Notes: generated by a model not told the origin, from the letters alone. A DNA stretch of 64,000 nucleotides from Octopus vulgaris (GCA_951406725.2 OX597816.1:75392001-75456000), one strand, 5' to 3'; counted from the first letter of the stretch, positions 36,901 through 51,900 are shown. Numbers and translations are program-made.

Positions 36901-39900
36901 AATATGTTGTATTTTCTGAGCAAACTACTTTAACTAAGACTGCATACTAAATTAAAATCCCAACCCCTGACTGCCTATGCTATGATTGGGTGGAAATGAA
37001 ACAGTCAAGTAGATACAGTACTTGACTTCTAGCTCCGAAGTCTTCAGTTCAGATCAACTGCAGGCATTGTGTAATGTATTCAAGTAGAATGTTCAATTCT
37101 ATATGCTTCAGTTCACTTAGCTGTTTCAAACAGGTAACAGATCATCAACCCTTTAGCATTCAGATTATTCTGTCAAATGAAATGCATATTTATTCACATT
37201 GTTTTGAATTGTTCATGAATTATCCCATAGCTTTGAGATTTCGATCAGGTGGTTGTTTATTTTAAAAATAGCATTGTAGGGTAGGTGTGAGAGGTCAGGA
37301 CTTTCTGATCTGACGACAAATCAGGTAGAATATTTTGGCCAGATATGGCCGGTTTAAATGCTAAAGGGTTAATGAATTTTATGTGATACTGCCAAGTGTC
37401 CTAGCCAAGGAATTCTGTCACATTGCATGCTAAAAATCATGAATCTAAAGCTAAATGTCATTCTGGCATTGTCAGTTACAACAAGGGTTCCAGTTGATCC
37501 AATCAATGGAACAGCCTGCTTGTGAAATTAATGTGCAAGTGGCAGAGCACTCCACAGATATGCATAACCTCAATGCGGTTCTCAGGAAAGTTCAGTGAGA
37601 TTCAGAATTTAAATTGCAGATACAATTCATTTTTGCCAGCTGAGTAGACTGGAGCAACACAAAAGAAAGTGTTTTGCTTGAGGACACAACATGCCACTGG
37701 GTATCGAACTCATGACCTTACGATCGTTTGCTGAATACCATAACCACTAAGCCACATACCATCACTAAATGCCATTCTGTTAAGTCACTCAAGCGTTCTC
37801 AATACATTTATACTACCTACTACTCTAATTGTGGAGGTGCAATGGCCCAGTGGTTAGGGCAGCGGACTCGCAGTCGGAGGATCACGGTTTCAATTCCCAG
37901 ACCGGGCATTGTGTGTGTTTATTGAGCAAAAACACCTAAAAGCTCCATAAGGCTCCGGCAGGGGGTGGTGTCGACCCCTGTTGTACTCTTTCGCCACAAC
38001 TTTCTCTTACTCTCTCTTCCTGTTTCTTGAGTAATGGTGCCATGGACTGGCATCTCGTCCAGCTGGGGGAACACATACGCCACAGAAACCTGGAAACCAG
38101 GCCCATGAGCCTGGCTAGGCTTGAAAAGGGCGACAAAAAAAAAAAAAAAGCTACTCTAATTGGATTTTGAGCTTGACTATCAAATTTTTTTCTATACAGG
38201 TCATTTATTGTCTTTATTAAAAAGGTAATAAATAAATTATTTCACATGGTCTTACCTTCCTGCAAACGGCTCAACAGATGCATAGTTTTCTTGCACAAAC
38301 AAAGGTGCTAGTTGATAATTATGGAAAAATAAATCTGACTTGTCTATAAAGGACATTTTCTTCTCACCACCAGCAAAGACTTGCCGACACACATCAAAAG
38401 GATTCTAGAAAAAAGATAATTTTCAGAAACATAAAATATTCAGAGAATAAGCCAACAAGGGTGCCTCTACATGGTTGCTCAACCTGCTTGAAACAGCAGC
38501 CACATCTCCCTCCAATTCCATGCAACATCTTCAAAAGGAAATCAACATTGAATAATGTAGACCTACCGACATTATGTTTGGGAAAATAAAATAGGATGTT
38601 CACAAATGAAACATTTATGCTTATAGGCTAACTTGACCAGGAATGACCAAGGTTAAAAACAACTCACTGAAGTAAAATACTGTTGCTATCCTTCACAGAT
38701 ATTTGATTCTTTGGGGAGGTTCGGGGAGGAGGACAGGAAGATGACCTTTTACTGATTTAGATCAAAATATATACTTTTTTTAACTAAGAACATACAACTG
38801 TTCTCTGAAACAGGCACTGATGAATTTAGTATTACCTAACATGAACAGATTAAATATATCAAATATTATTTAACAATAGTTCAATACAATATAAATGTTG
38901 GTGGTGGCTGAGGTGGTAGAGCATAAATTCCCAATGGCCCAGTTCATTTACTATGAAGAAATATAAAATTCTATATTGTACACAGCTACAGTCACTCTTT
39001 AATACATAAATATTTCATTACCATGCAAAGCTAAGTTCAAATTCAACCAGCTATTAAGAGAAGGCTGTTTAAAATCACTATAAGAGTATATTCTTCAAAA
39101 GGAAATCAACATTGGACAATGTAGACCTACCAACATTATGTTTGGGAAAATAAAATAGGATATTCATAAATGAAACATTTATGCTTATAGGCTTACTTAA
39201 CCTCATATCACTTGCCGGTGGCACATAATAGGCACCAACCGATCGTGGCCGCTGCCAGCCTCCCCTGGCACGTAAAAAGCACCCACTACACTCACGGAGT
39301 GGTTGGTGTTAGGAAAGGCATCCAGTTATTGAAACACTGCCAGATCAGACTGGAGCCTGGTGCAGCCTCCTGGCTTCCCAGACCCCGGTTGAATCGTCCA
39401 ACCCATGCTAGCATGAAAAACGGACGTTAAACAATAATGATGATGAAACACAAATCATAATCATCATCATTTAATGTCCATGCTCCATACTGGCATGGGT
39501 TGGATGGTTTGACAAGATCCAATGGATCTAAGGACTGTATTGTGCTCCAATGTCTATTTTGGCATGGTTTCTAGAGCTGGATGCCCTTCATAATGCCAAC
39601 CACTTTACAGCATGTACTGGGGACTTTTCCATGCCACCAGCACTTTTGAGGTTGCCATGCAGCTCACAGGAGTATGAACCCTGGGTTAGGTGTGTGTGTG
39701 TGTGCATGTTTGGTGGGGTCAGTTTCGTGTTAGGTGGCAAAGAGGTGGAACTATGAGGTGGAGGAGGGAGGGAGCAGGTTCTTGTAGAGGATCTGTATGG
39801 ACACATTTGGTAGGGGAAGGGGAGAGAGGAAAAGAGAAAATGATCAGTAGGAGGTTTAAGAGATAGATAATAGCATGAGGTGTCCAGGTAGCCCCTCAAG

Positions 39901-40573
39901 GCACAAGGCGAGTAGAAGTGGGTGGGTAACTGGGTGATTTGCAAGTGTATGGGAAGGATAGGAAGACTGCCAAAACTCATACTTACAAGTTTTATATCCT
40001 TCTTAGCCATTTCTGCATTGCTTTTGGCATCTTCATATGATATATTCTTATTAGATGAACTCCACATGAACAAATTATGGATGACCTGTTCAAAATAAAT
40101 TCAATGGTAGAAGTAATCAGAACAAAATAAAAAATAAATATAAGGGGGAAATGAATCAAAAGAAAGAAAAACAGTTTTAAAACACATATAAAGCTTTTAA
40201 CTTACCTGTCGAATATCATGATTAGAAGCTGAAATTATCTCATTTAATGCACCTGGGTTAATCTGAAGGCCTTCTTTGTATGCAATAGTCATCATGGCAG
40301 CCTATTAGATTGAAAAAAATTATTATTATTATTATTATTATTACACACACACACACCTTAAACCTTTTAGCATCCATATTAGTTAATGGGTGTAGTTTTC
40401 AACTAATAATAACCGTGTTTCAAATAACCCTTATTACCTACAGTACTACTTAATGGGTGTTAGATATGTCAATCTATTTATTTAAAAAGGATGTAATGAT
40501 TAACAGCAATATTAAATAGGAAATAGGATTTTCTACTGATTTTGGAAAGTGTTCTGCTACTAAATAATTTATC

Positions 40574-40608
<35 letters not shown>

Positions 40609-41098
40609 AATCAAACCAAATCAAAATAGACGAACATCAATGGAATTTGTATCCTTGTGGTACCAGTGCCGGTGGCACATAAGAAAACCATCCGAACATG
40701 ACCGTAGCCAGTACCGCATCGACTGGCCTCCGTGCTGAGGGCACGTAACAAACACCATCCGAGCGTGGCCGTTTGCCAGCCTCGTCCGGCACCTGTGTCG
40801 GTGACACATAAGAAAACACCATCCGAGCGTGGCCGTCTGCCAGCCTCGTCTGACACCTGTGTCGGTGGCACATAAAAAACACCATCCGAGCGTGGCCGTC
40901 TGCCAGCCTCGTCTGGCACCTGTGTCGGTGGCACATAAAATCACCCACTACACTCTCGGAGTGGTTGGCGTTAGGAAGGGCATCCAGCTGTAGAAACACT
41001 GCCAGATCTGACTGGCCTGGTGCAGCCTTCGGGCTTGCCAGACCCCAGTTGAACCGTCCAACCCATGGAAAGCGGACGTTAAACGATGATGATGATGA

Positions 41099-41147
<49 letters not shown>

Positions 41148-44100
41148 AATACAAATGGTGTGAAAATGTGAATGCTGATGAGTATCAATACATTTTGGAT
41201 GAATGCAATAAAGTAGAGCAAGAAGTTCTCATCAACTCATGAGCCAACTCTATGCCAGGGGTTCTCAACCATTTTTTATCTATGGGGTCTGCCTCTTCCA
41301 CAGGTTCCCTCAACCGCTAGGGTATGGCACTTTTTCACAACTATCTTCATCCATTCTGGTATGGTCATGTGGCGAGAATGGATGAAGATAGTTGTGTGAA
41401 AAAGTGCAATACCCTAGCGGTTGAGGGAACCTGTGGAAGAGGCAGACCCAGGAAAACCTGGGACGAAGTGGTGAAGCACGACCTTCGAACTTTAGGTCTC
41501 ACTGAGGAAATGACTAGAGACCGAGACCTTTGGAAGTGTGCTGTGCGTGAGACCATAACCCGGGATGTGCCAGTCCACTTATGCATACCTTTCCTTCTGG
41601 GGACACAAAACTCTACTTGTGAAGACCTGTTGAGGCAAGTGAGAATTGAAATCAATCAACATCAATGGAAATTGCAGCTGTGATACCAGTGCCGGTGGCA
41701 CTTAAGAGAACCGTCCGAATGTGGCCATTGCCAGCGCCGCCCCGACTGGCCTCGTGCCTGTGGCACGTAAAAAGCACCATCCATTCGTGACCGTTGCCAG
41801 CCTCGCCTGGCCCCTGTGCTGGTGGCATGTAAAAGCACCATCCGATCGTGGCCGTTTGCCAGCCTCATCTGGCACCTGTGCCGGTGGCACGTAAAAAGCA
41901 CCCACTACACTCACAGAGTGGTTGGTGTTAGGAAGGGCATCCAGCCGTAGAAACATTGCCAGATCAGACTGGGCCTGGTGTAGCCTTCTGGCTTCCCAGA
42001 CCCCAGTTGAACCGTCCAACCCATGCTAGCATGGAAAGCGGACGCTAAACGACGATGATGATGATGATAATCCCTTTGATTATTATTTTATTCTGGAGGA
42101 CCTCCATAGCCATTCAATGTTTAAAAACTAGTTTTTCAAAATTCCTGCTTTGATTTTTCGCAATTAACTTATGTAAGTTGAACTATGTAAAATGTTAGAG
42201 AAAGAAACTTGGCTGTTTCTTGCAACATTTACCAATTCATATATCTAAAGCAAAATTTTCTCAGGGCCACTTCAAATTCTATTGTGGATCTCTAATTTAC
42301 TATTTTCTAACATGGACCCCCAAAAATCTTATATGAACCTTCAGGGGCCATATGGACCTGAGTTCAGAACCACTGCACTACACAATTGCTCAATCAGCTA
42401 AAAACGGCATTTTCCATGCTTGCTGTATTTAAAAAGATGGTTTCCAAGTAATCAATTTATTTTTTCAGTTGAACATTTTTCCTATTATAAACTATTCCAT
42501 CTTAAAATAAGAGTGGAACCTAGCTATTGTCAGTCAAATGGAAATGAGTAGAGCCAGGCATTTTACTTAGAAACATGAATGCAATGGCTGTCATAAGAAT
42601 CAACTAAAACCATGTAGTCAGTAATGTAAAAACTTAACTTCACAGTCATTTGTGTCTCTTACTTTGTCATCATCATCATCATCCAGTAGATCCAGCCACC
42701 CCCAAACTCAAGCACTCTCCTCAGAAAATGCTCAATACATGCCCATACCCCCGCACTCCATTCAGCCTTGCAAACCGTTCCACTGATTCCTCCAACCCCA
42801 GCATCCCCATCAAATCCTCAGTCCTCCTCTTATCAAACAACTTCACTCCACACATTTCTCTCGCCATGTTCTCACCATCACCTTTATGGTACATATATAT
42901 AACATCATCATCATCATCATTTAGCATCTATTTTCCATGCTGTCATGGGTTTGATGGGTCGACTGGAACTGGTAAGCCAGAGACCTGCACTAGGCTCCAG
43001 TCTGATTTGGTTTGATTTCTACAGCTGGATGACCTTCTTCACACCAGCCACTCCAAGATCATAGTGAGTGGCTCTTACATATCACTGGCACCAGTGCTGG
43101 CCACAATTACGATTTCATTTGGCTCGATGTATCTTCTCAAGCACAGTGAATCACCAAAGGTCTTGATCACATGTCATTGCCTCTGTGAGACCCAACATCT
43201 GAAGATCATGCTTCACCACCTTGTCCCTGGGTCAATGAAAGTCATTTAAATAAAAATTAAAAAATTAATCTTACCTTTATTTGTGCCATATGTGGACGCT
43301 GGAATCTCAAATCAAAACAGTGATTTGCAAGGGAACGGATTTTCTGGTGTTGTCTATCATTACATATACATATAATTGGTATTTTGGTAGTTTTCACCAA
43401 TTGGATCAATTCCTGGGGAAAAAAAGTAATCCATATAATTATTGATCTCTCATGAACATCATCATCATCAGTTTAACATCCACTGTTCCATGAACAAAGT
43501 AATATTTTCCCTAGTTTTTTTTTAACAATGAACAGCTAAATTGTCAGCAAGAAACTCTCAACATGATCAATCATTCTGCTATAAACAGTAACCACCTTAA
43601 ACTGCTATAAACTACTTAAACTGCTTTAAACAGTAACCAACTTACCACCTTAAAGAAAATATCATTGAATAATATAATCTTTGATAAACTATTTCAAAGA
43701 AAGATGTAGTAATAAGTAGAAAACCTTCAGTCTTAAATCTGACCAATAAGGTACATCCTAGGGTTAAACAACATCACTGTTTTGTGCAAATGAATGTACC
43801 TCTACATAATTGCGCAAACTACTAGAAATAACAACCAAATATTCCTCAAATCACACTATCACCTAAGAGAAAAAGAAACAGGACATTGGATAATTTAGTG
43901 TTAGATACACCATGTCTAATAAAAAGATGGAATTAAGGTTTATTTGGTCTGAGCACACCTGAAGTTAATGAAGAACATCATAAGCCAATGAAAGAAACTA
44001 TACAAGGACTTGATTTGCTAGTAATAGTAGCTAAATCTTCAATTCACAGTTTTGAAAAGAAAGATACATTGGATAATGTAGTCCTAGATACATTAACCCT

Positions 44101-45443
44101 GAAAACAATATGGAGTGGAACACCTGATCATAGATTGGCCAGATTATGATCAACTGGTACTAAGCAACATCAACATCATCAATGGCTTCTTTTAGTTCCA
44201 TTATTATAGTCATCATGTCTGGGAACATGCTAGAACATTACCTCAACATCAACTAAATCTACTGAATATTTGTAAATTGATGCTTCAAAATCTCCAGATT
44301 AATACAAGCAGTATTAATGGTGAAACTGATTTCATTTTTTAAAGTTATTCATTTCTTCATGACAGCTTAAATCTCATGGCAAAATCTGTTTAAAAGTTGC
44401 AGGAACAATCCAAACTTAGAAAAATGATGTGAAGTATTTAAGATCTCCACAGGTAAATTAAATTATAATTTAGTATAAACACATAACTTTTAGCAGGAGG
44501 AAGATCTTGCACAGTTAAGATTACTCTGGTATTTATGTTTGACCTTGAAGACAAATACAGAGTAAAAGAGGCTCTTAGACACCTTGGCATAATAAGACGC
44601 ATCCATTCCATGTTGCACATAACAGCGAATGTGATTTTCTCTGCTGCTGTGTATATCAGATGACAACAGACTGCAACAAATGATCAAACACTATCAAACA
44701 AACCATGCTAGTATGTAAAAGAGAAATATGACAATGAAGATGAAAATTTTAGTCTGCAGTCTCCCAATTCTTCTATCCATCCTTTCTTTATTTAACAAAA
44801 ACAAAAGAAAATATTTCAAGCCAACAGCAGTGGTGGTGCTGGTGTGATGGTTGTAAGTCCTATAACAACACTGAAGTTTTTGCAGAATAGGTGAGTTTAA
44901 GATAGTTCAACCCTATTCAACTTTTACCCACTGTTAGTAAGTTATGAGTATGGCCATTCGATTTGCTTGAAATAACAGCCAAATCACCCTCAAATCCCAC
45001 CCTGCCATCTAAGAAATAGAAAGATGCATTAAACAGTATGGTTTTAGATAGATGAAAGAAAAACAATGTAATCATAAATGGAATATCTTTGACCATAGGT
45101 CTGCTTGATTAAAGTTGACTTGGAGTGAAAAAAACAACAGTGATGTTCATATTCGAAAATAATTAAAGAATGGTAGTTACCGCAACACCTCCACGATCTT
45201 CATTACCAGCCATTCCATCAACTTCATCCATTATCACACAATGTTTAAAGCCATTTGAGGATGATCTCTCAGTTCCTGTTAATGATAATAATAAAAGTAA
45301 TGATAATCATTACTAACATAAACAGAAAACCACATTAATGATGATTATTCCCAGGCTGTGTGATGAAGAGGTTTGTTTCCCAACCACACAGTTTCAGATT
45401 CAGCCCCACTGCATAACATATAGACAGTCACACACGCACACAT

Positions 45444-45488
<45 letters not shown>

Positions 45489-45883
45489 TCATCATTTAAC
45501 GTCCGCTTTCCATGCTAGCATGGGTTGGACGATTTGACTGAGGACTGGCAAACCAGATGGCTGCGCCAGGCTCCAATCTGATCTGGCAGAGTTTCTACAG
45601 CTGGATGCCCTTCCTAACACCAACCACTCCGAGAGTGTAGTGGGTGCTTTTACGTGCCAGTCTGGCGATACTGGCAACGGCCACATTTGAAATGGTGTTT
45701 TTTACGTGCCACCAGCACAGGAGTCAGTCCAGCGGTACTGGTAACCTCGCTCAAATGTTTTGTTCACGTGCCAATAAGGTAACACTGGTAATGACCACGC
45801 TCAAATGGTGCTTTTTACATGCCACCGGCACGGAAGCCAGACAGCTGTTTTGGCAGTGATCCTGCTCAGCTGGAGCTGTTAGC

Positions 45884-45927
<44 letters not shown>

Positions 45928-48900
45928 ATCATTACAGTCTAAGACATCTACTAGGAGCTGCTGCTTCCATCAACTGATGCTCATATTTTGACTTAGTTCT
46001 ATGGCTGAATGCTCTTCCTGTTACCAGTGTACAGGTTAAATTTTTCATGGTACCAACCCTAGAGAAATTGAATAAAGATACATTAGGAGTCCTCTGCGTT
46101 CTTGGCTCAGTTTGTCAACCACTTTACAGGATATACTGAACACATTCTGCAGCATCAGCACTAGAGAGATTGTCTTGCTCACTCTTCACTTCGAGGAAGA
46201 GCAAATTATCAGGAAGGGTTTGTGTCTTGTACACGGGACAATGTAATGAGTGTTTAGAGCTCAGTCATGTAAAAATCAATGTTACCATACTAGTATAAGC
46301 AGGGTAAGTTTCCAGAATTTCAGGTATTTGCATACTACTGAAGTAATTGTTTTTGAAGGTGGATGCTCTGATATGGGCCAAAAAAGTAGAGCTTATTGTT
46401 AACTAAGAATACTGAGGCACACAGAATCTCCTACTTTGTCTCAACCGGTGAGACTCAAAATATAAATACTATTTTTTAAACAAACAAGTACGCGTTTTTT
46501 CTGCAATGATTTGAGAAACAGTGACAAGTGGCAATTCTGTAAATAATAACATTTATTTGCTTAAAGCTTATAAGCGATCACCATGTACTGTCTAAAGAAA
46601 ATAGTCCAATATTGAGGTATATAAGCCCTCAATGGAAAAATGTGGGTTTTCTGTACATATGGGAAAACTCACCTTTTTCCGTCATGGGCTTATATACCCC
46701 AATATTAGACTATTTTCTTTAGTCAATACATGGTGACTGCTTATAAGCTTTAACCTCAGAATATATATATGTATATATAATCAGATTGAGTAAAAAGTAA
46801 GCAACGTTTTGAACCATGAAGAATTTGTACTGGATTTTTGCAGAGTTTTGAATTTTTTTTAAACATTTTTGTGCAACTGTCTGATAATACAGATATAGAC
46901 TTGCCCAAATGCATCAATAAATTAACATTGATATTTTTTCCACTATTGTTACAATCATCATCATCGTTTAACGTCCGCTTTCCATGCTTAGCATGGGTTG
47001 GATGATTTTGACTGAGGGCTGGTGAACCAGATGGCTGTACCAGGCTCCAATCTTGATCTGGCAGAGTTTCTACAGCTGGTTGCCCTTCCTAACACCAACC
47101 ACTCCGAGAGTGTAGTGGGTGCTTTTTACGTGCCTCTAGCATGGGTGCTAGTCAGGCGGTACTGGCAACAACCTCGCTCGAATCTTTTTACACGTGCCAC
47201 TGGCACAGGTGCCAGTGAAGCGACGTTGGTAACGATCATGCTCGAATGGTGCCCTTCTACATGCCACGGGTACGGAAGCCAGTTGGCTGCTCTGGCAACG
47301 ATCACGCTCGGATTAGCACCCTACTAGCACATGCACAAATGCCAGTAAGGCGACGCTGGTAACGATCATACTCGAATGGTACCCTTTTATGTGCCACTGG
47401 CACGGAAGTCAGTTAGCCGCTCTGTCAGCGATCACAGTTGTATGGTGCTCTTTGCACCCCGCTAGCACGGATGCCAGTCGTTGAATTTGATTTTGATTTT
47501 GATTTCACTTGCCTCAACAGGTCTTCACAAGCAGAGTTTAGTGACCAAAAAAGGAAAAGGTATGCATAAGCGGGCTGGTTACGCTCCTGGCATAGGCCAC
47601 GGGTTATGGTCTCATTTGGCTTGCCGGGTCTTCTCAAGCACAGCATATTTCCAAAAGTCTCGGTCGCTAGTCATTTTCTTGGTGAGGCCTAATGTTCGAA
47701 GGTCGTGATTCACCACTTCATCCCAGGTCTTCCTGGGTCTACCTTTTCCACAGGTTCCCTCAACCGCTAGGGTGTGGCACTTTTTCACACAGCTATCCAA
47801 TCCATTCTCACCACATGACCATACCAGCGCAGTTGTCTCTCTTGCACACCACATCTAATGCTTCTTAGGTCCAACTTTTCTCTCAAGGTACTTAGACTCA
47901 GTCGAGTATGAACACTGACATTACACATCAATCGGAGCATACTGACTTCATTTCTTGCGAGCTTATGCATATCCTCAGCAGTCACGGTCCATGTTTCACT
48001 GCCATGTAGCATGGCTGTTCGTACACATACGTTATACAGTCTGCCTTTTACTCTGAGCGAGAGGCCCTTTGTAACCAGCAGAGGTAAGAGCTCTCTGAAC
48101 TTTGCCCAAGCTATTCTTATTCTAGGAGCTACACTTTCAGCGCACACTCCTCCACTACTGACTTGGTCCCTAGGTAATGGAAGCTATCAACTACTTCTAG
48201 TTTTTCTCCCTGGAATGTGGCAGAAGTTGGTCTCTGCACATTTTCGGTGTTTATCGCTCCCGAGCATCTGCCACATACAAAAACTATCTACTGAAATGGA
48301 ACTGTCAAAGTATGACATTCGAGCAATTTTGCTATTCAACTTCAAAAAAGGACATAAAGCAGCTGAAACTGCTTGCAATATCAACGAAACATTTGGTGAG
48401 GAAATGACCAATGAATGGTCAGCTCGAAAATGGTTTAAACGATTTTGCAGTAGAGACCTGAGCCTTGAAGATCATGAGCATAGTGGACGCCCATCTGTCA
48501 TCGATGACAGTCAATTAAAGACCATCACTGAGAAAGATCCATGTAAAACCACTCAAGAACTGGCAAAAGAACTTCAAGTTAGCCAGAAAACTGCTTGCAA
48601 CCATTTGCATGCAACTGGAATATCAAAAAAGCTCGACAAATGGTTACCACATGATTTGAATGAAAATCAGAAAATGGGCAGATATGAAATTTGCTCGTCG
48701 CATCTTCTCCGTAACCAGACTAATCCATTTCTCGACTGTGTTGTAACTTGTGATGAAAAGTGGATTCTGTACAATAATAAAAAATTTTCTTCGCAGTGGT
48801 TAAACCAAAATGAAGCAATGAAAACCTTCCCTAAAGCCGAGTTCTTCAAAAAGAAGATTATGGTAACTGTTTGGTGTACTGCTGGACTCATCCACTATAA

Positions 48901-51900
48901 CTTCTTAAAACCTGGGAAACCATTACTGCAGAAACATATTGCCATGAAATTACCAAAATGAATGAAAAACTGCTACTCCTCTGTTCCAGACTGGTCAACA
49001 GAAGAGGGCTAATCATTCTTCATGATAATGCTCAACTACACGTTTCACTAATGACACTCCAGAAGTTGAGGGAACTTGAGTACAAAGTTCTTCCCCACTC
49101 AGCTTATTCCCCAGACCTTTCTCCTACCAACTACCACATTTTCAAGCACCTTGATGGTTTTCTGCGAGAGAGGGAGTTCAAAAATCAAACAGATGCTGAA
49201 AGTACATTCAAAGAGTTCATCAGTTCCAGAACTCCAGATTTTTATGTTACCGGAATAAACAAACTTGTAACTTGTTGGTAAAAATGTATTGATTGTAATG
49301 GAACTTACTTTGATGACTAAAATTTCCACATTGTTGAAATATACTGTGATGAACTTCATGTTTCAAAACATTGCTTACTTTTTACTCAGCCTAATATATA
49401 TATACATTTATATTATATATATATATATATAAAAACACACACACACACACACATACACATAAGCAAAAAGTACATATTTACCACAATAATCAACTAAGGA
49501 TGTATTCTTCAGTAAAGTTGCTAGTTCTTCACTGAGAGAAGATTTGTTCCGTGTGTCTGATGCATTCATTTCAACAAGTGAAAAACCAGCTTCCTACAAA
49601 AATTAAGTTAAAAAAAAAAAAGAAAGAAAATTAATGTCACTGATTTGATAGGCATCAGAGTTAACAATATTAACAAAGAGAATTGACTTGACTTGGTGTA
49701 TATGTGAAGGTTGAGTAAAGTCAAGTCTCATTTGTACTAAGATGGGTCAGGTACAGGCATGACTTCAAAGCACATGGTTTCAGGATCAGTCCCACTGTGT
49801 AACACCTTGAGAAGGTGCATTCTACTATAGCACTGGGCTGACCAAAGCCATGCAAGCAGATTTTGGGAGAGAGAAACTGAAAGCAGACTGCCATAAGTGT
49901 GTGCGTGTGTGTATGTATTTGTTTACAAATATATTACATGTGTATCTGTATTTGTTTACACCTGCATTCACTTGTACAATAGTTACAACAGGCGGTGGTG
50001 ATGTTATCAGTTCTCTTGTCAACAAATCACCTGGTCATTTTGTGCTTTCTAAACCATAAGAAATCCCTTGCAAACATAGAAAAACAAACATAAAAGAAAT
50101 GACTGAATGAGGACACATTGAAAAATCCAGGATTAACATAACAATCAAAATAGTGGCGATGAATATTTAGTAATACTGTTTAGACCCAGGTCAGCTTTCA
50201 TTGAACAGATGTATGATGAAAGAAGTTGCAGTCATAATAATCCAAATATTTTTTTAAGACAGTAGAGAGAGATTCAAGGAAGATAAGACATTTCTAGCAG
50301 CTCTAGAGATCATATAGACTTCCATAGTGATAATATTTGTGATGATACTAACGGCAACAAAATAATAAAATTTTCTTATCATCCACAAAACAGGTCTTCT
50401 ACATTACAAAAATGGAACTTACTGAATAGAATTTTTAAAAATAAAGCAGAAAGAAAAAAATATTTATTTTTTTACCTTACAGACAACATGAGCAGTTGTT
50501 GTCTTGCCAATGCCAGGTGGACCAGAGAGAAGGGCTGCCTTTGAACCTGCACCATTATCATTTCCACGATAGAATCGATCTAAACAAACATAAATTATAT
50601 AAGTGATAAGGAACATAGAATTGCTAAAAAAACAATGATGAAATGTGTGTATACATTTTAGAATGTAATATAGATTCTCTTGAACTAGTGATTCTGAGAT
50701 TATGGTACTGAAATACTCATATGGTAAATAGCTCAAACATGGTCACAATAACTGCCTAAAGGTCAGTGAGCTACTTTGTCATGGTTGCAGTAATTGCCCT
50801 AAGAAGTTTGAACAAAGTAAATCTTATATAGCATGCCAAACACTTTATGTGGTTAGAAGTGGTGACAGCTGACCTCAAGTCCCTGAGTTTCATAGAGGAG
50901 ACAAGAACTGGGATGTGAGGCAATATGAGATTTTCAAAAAGACCCATCCTTCTCAATGAAAAACTGAGTTACAGGGTGTGCTATGTATATAGTGCTCTCC
51001 ACCCATACATTACAGTGATTCACTTCCCCCCACCCACTGAACCAAGTTATCTTCCATTATGCACGACACTGCCAACCTACCTATCCCACCCCACTCCTGC
51101 AGACTACCCAACCATGCCATCTTTCTCTCTAGTCCTTCCCCTGTCAACTCTATCATCATTACTATCCTGCTGTTCTCTTCTGTATTCCTCTATCTTCAAC
51201 TTACGGCTCACTGATCATCCGCCTGTCAACCCAACCCAATTATTACAGTTGCCATCTGTCTCCCCATGCAATCTAGCAAACCACCCACCCACTTCTACTC
51301 ACCTTGTACCTTTAAGGGCCATCTGGGCATCTCATTGCCACTATTTCTTTGCAGTTCCTTCTCATCATCTCTACCTCTCCTACTAAATATGAGTAACCAT
51401 GTGGCTCTTCTACAAGAACCTACTCTGATCCTGAGGTTGATAGTCTTGAAAACTATATGACAACCATAGTGGTGGTGGTGGCAAAAAAGTATCCAGGGCA
51501 CAGTAAAGTAGTTGGTATTAGGAAGAGCATCCAGCTGTAGAAACAACACTAAGCAGACACTGGAGCATATACAGTCCTTGGAGCCAACAAATCCTGTTAA
51601 ACCATCCAACTCATACCAGCATAGAACACTGACGTTAACTGATCATGATGGTGTGTGTGTGTGCGCACGCACATGCATGCACACATACAAACATCTTCTA
51701 CCTCATTTCTATCTAGCAAATTCTACTCTTAAAGTATGAACCAATGATGTAGCTATGATAGAAGATACACTGCCAAGAAACAGTATGATGGAATCAAACA
51801 GAAAGACAAAGTAGCAAAGCAAATTTCTAGACCATAGAGCTACACCGGCACTTAATATGCAGGTATTTCCTTACCAGAAAGCTATAGGATTTAACACTGG

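Larger units (their letters stand above)
46781..49394 (+). mobile_element. Full-length mariner element with about 40-bp TIRs, interrupted by an RTE insertion
   Basis: Left tcagattgagtaaaaagtaagcaacgttttgaaccatgaag; right cttcatgtttcaaaacattgcttactttttactcagcctaa|ta; transposase inside. Confidence 0.92.

Noticed and set aside
37015-37052. Hammerhead candidate on - strand (CTGAAGA CTTC..GAAG)
   Set aside because: GAAA is absent and stem I does not pair.
37832-37905. tRNA gene
   Set aside because: The tRNA-like head continues into a SINE body with a poly(A) tail and TSD; no convincing cloverleaf.
48011-48961. 316-aa ORF as a novel fusion or domesticated transposase
   Set aside because: The N-terminal 95 aa are antisense RTE sequence that happens to be in frame; the transposase then frameshifts before completing the catalytic triad.
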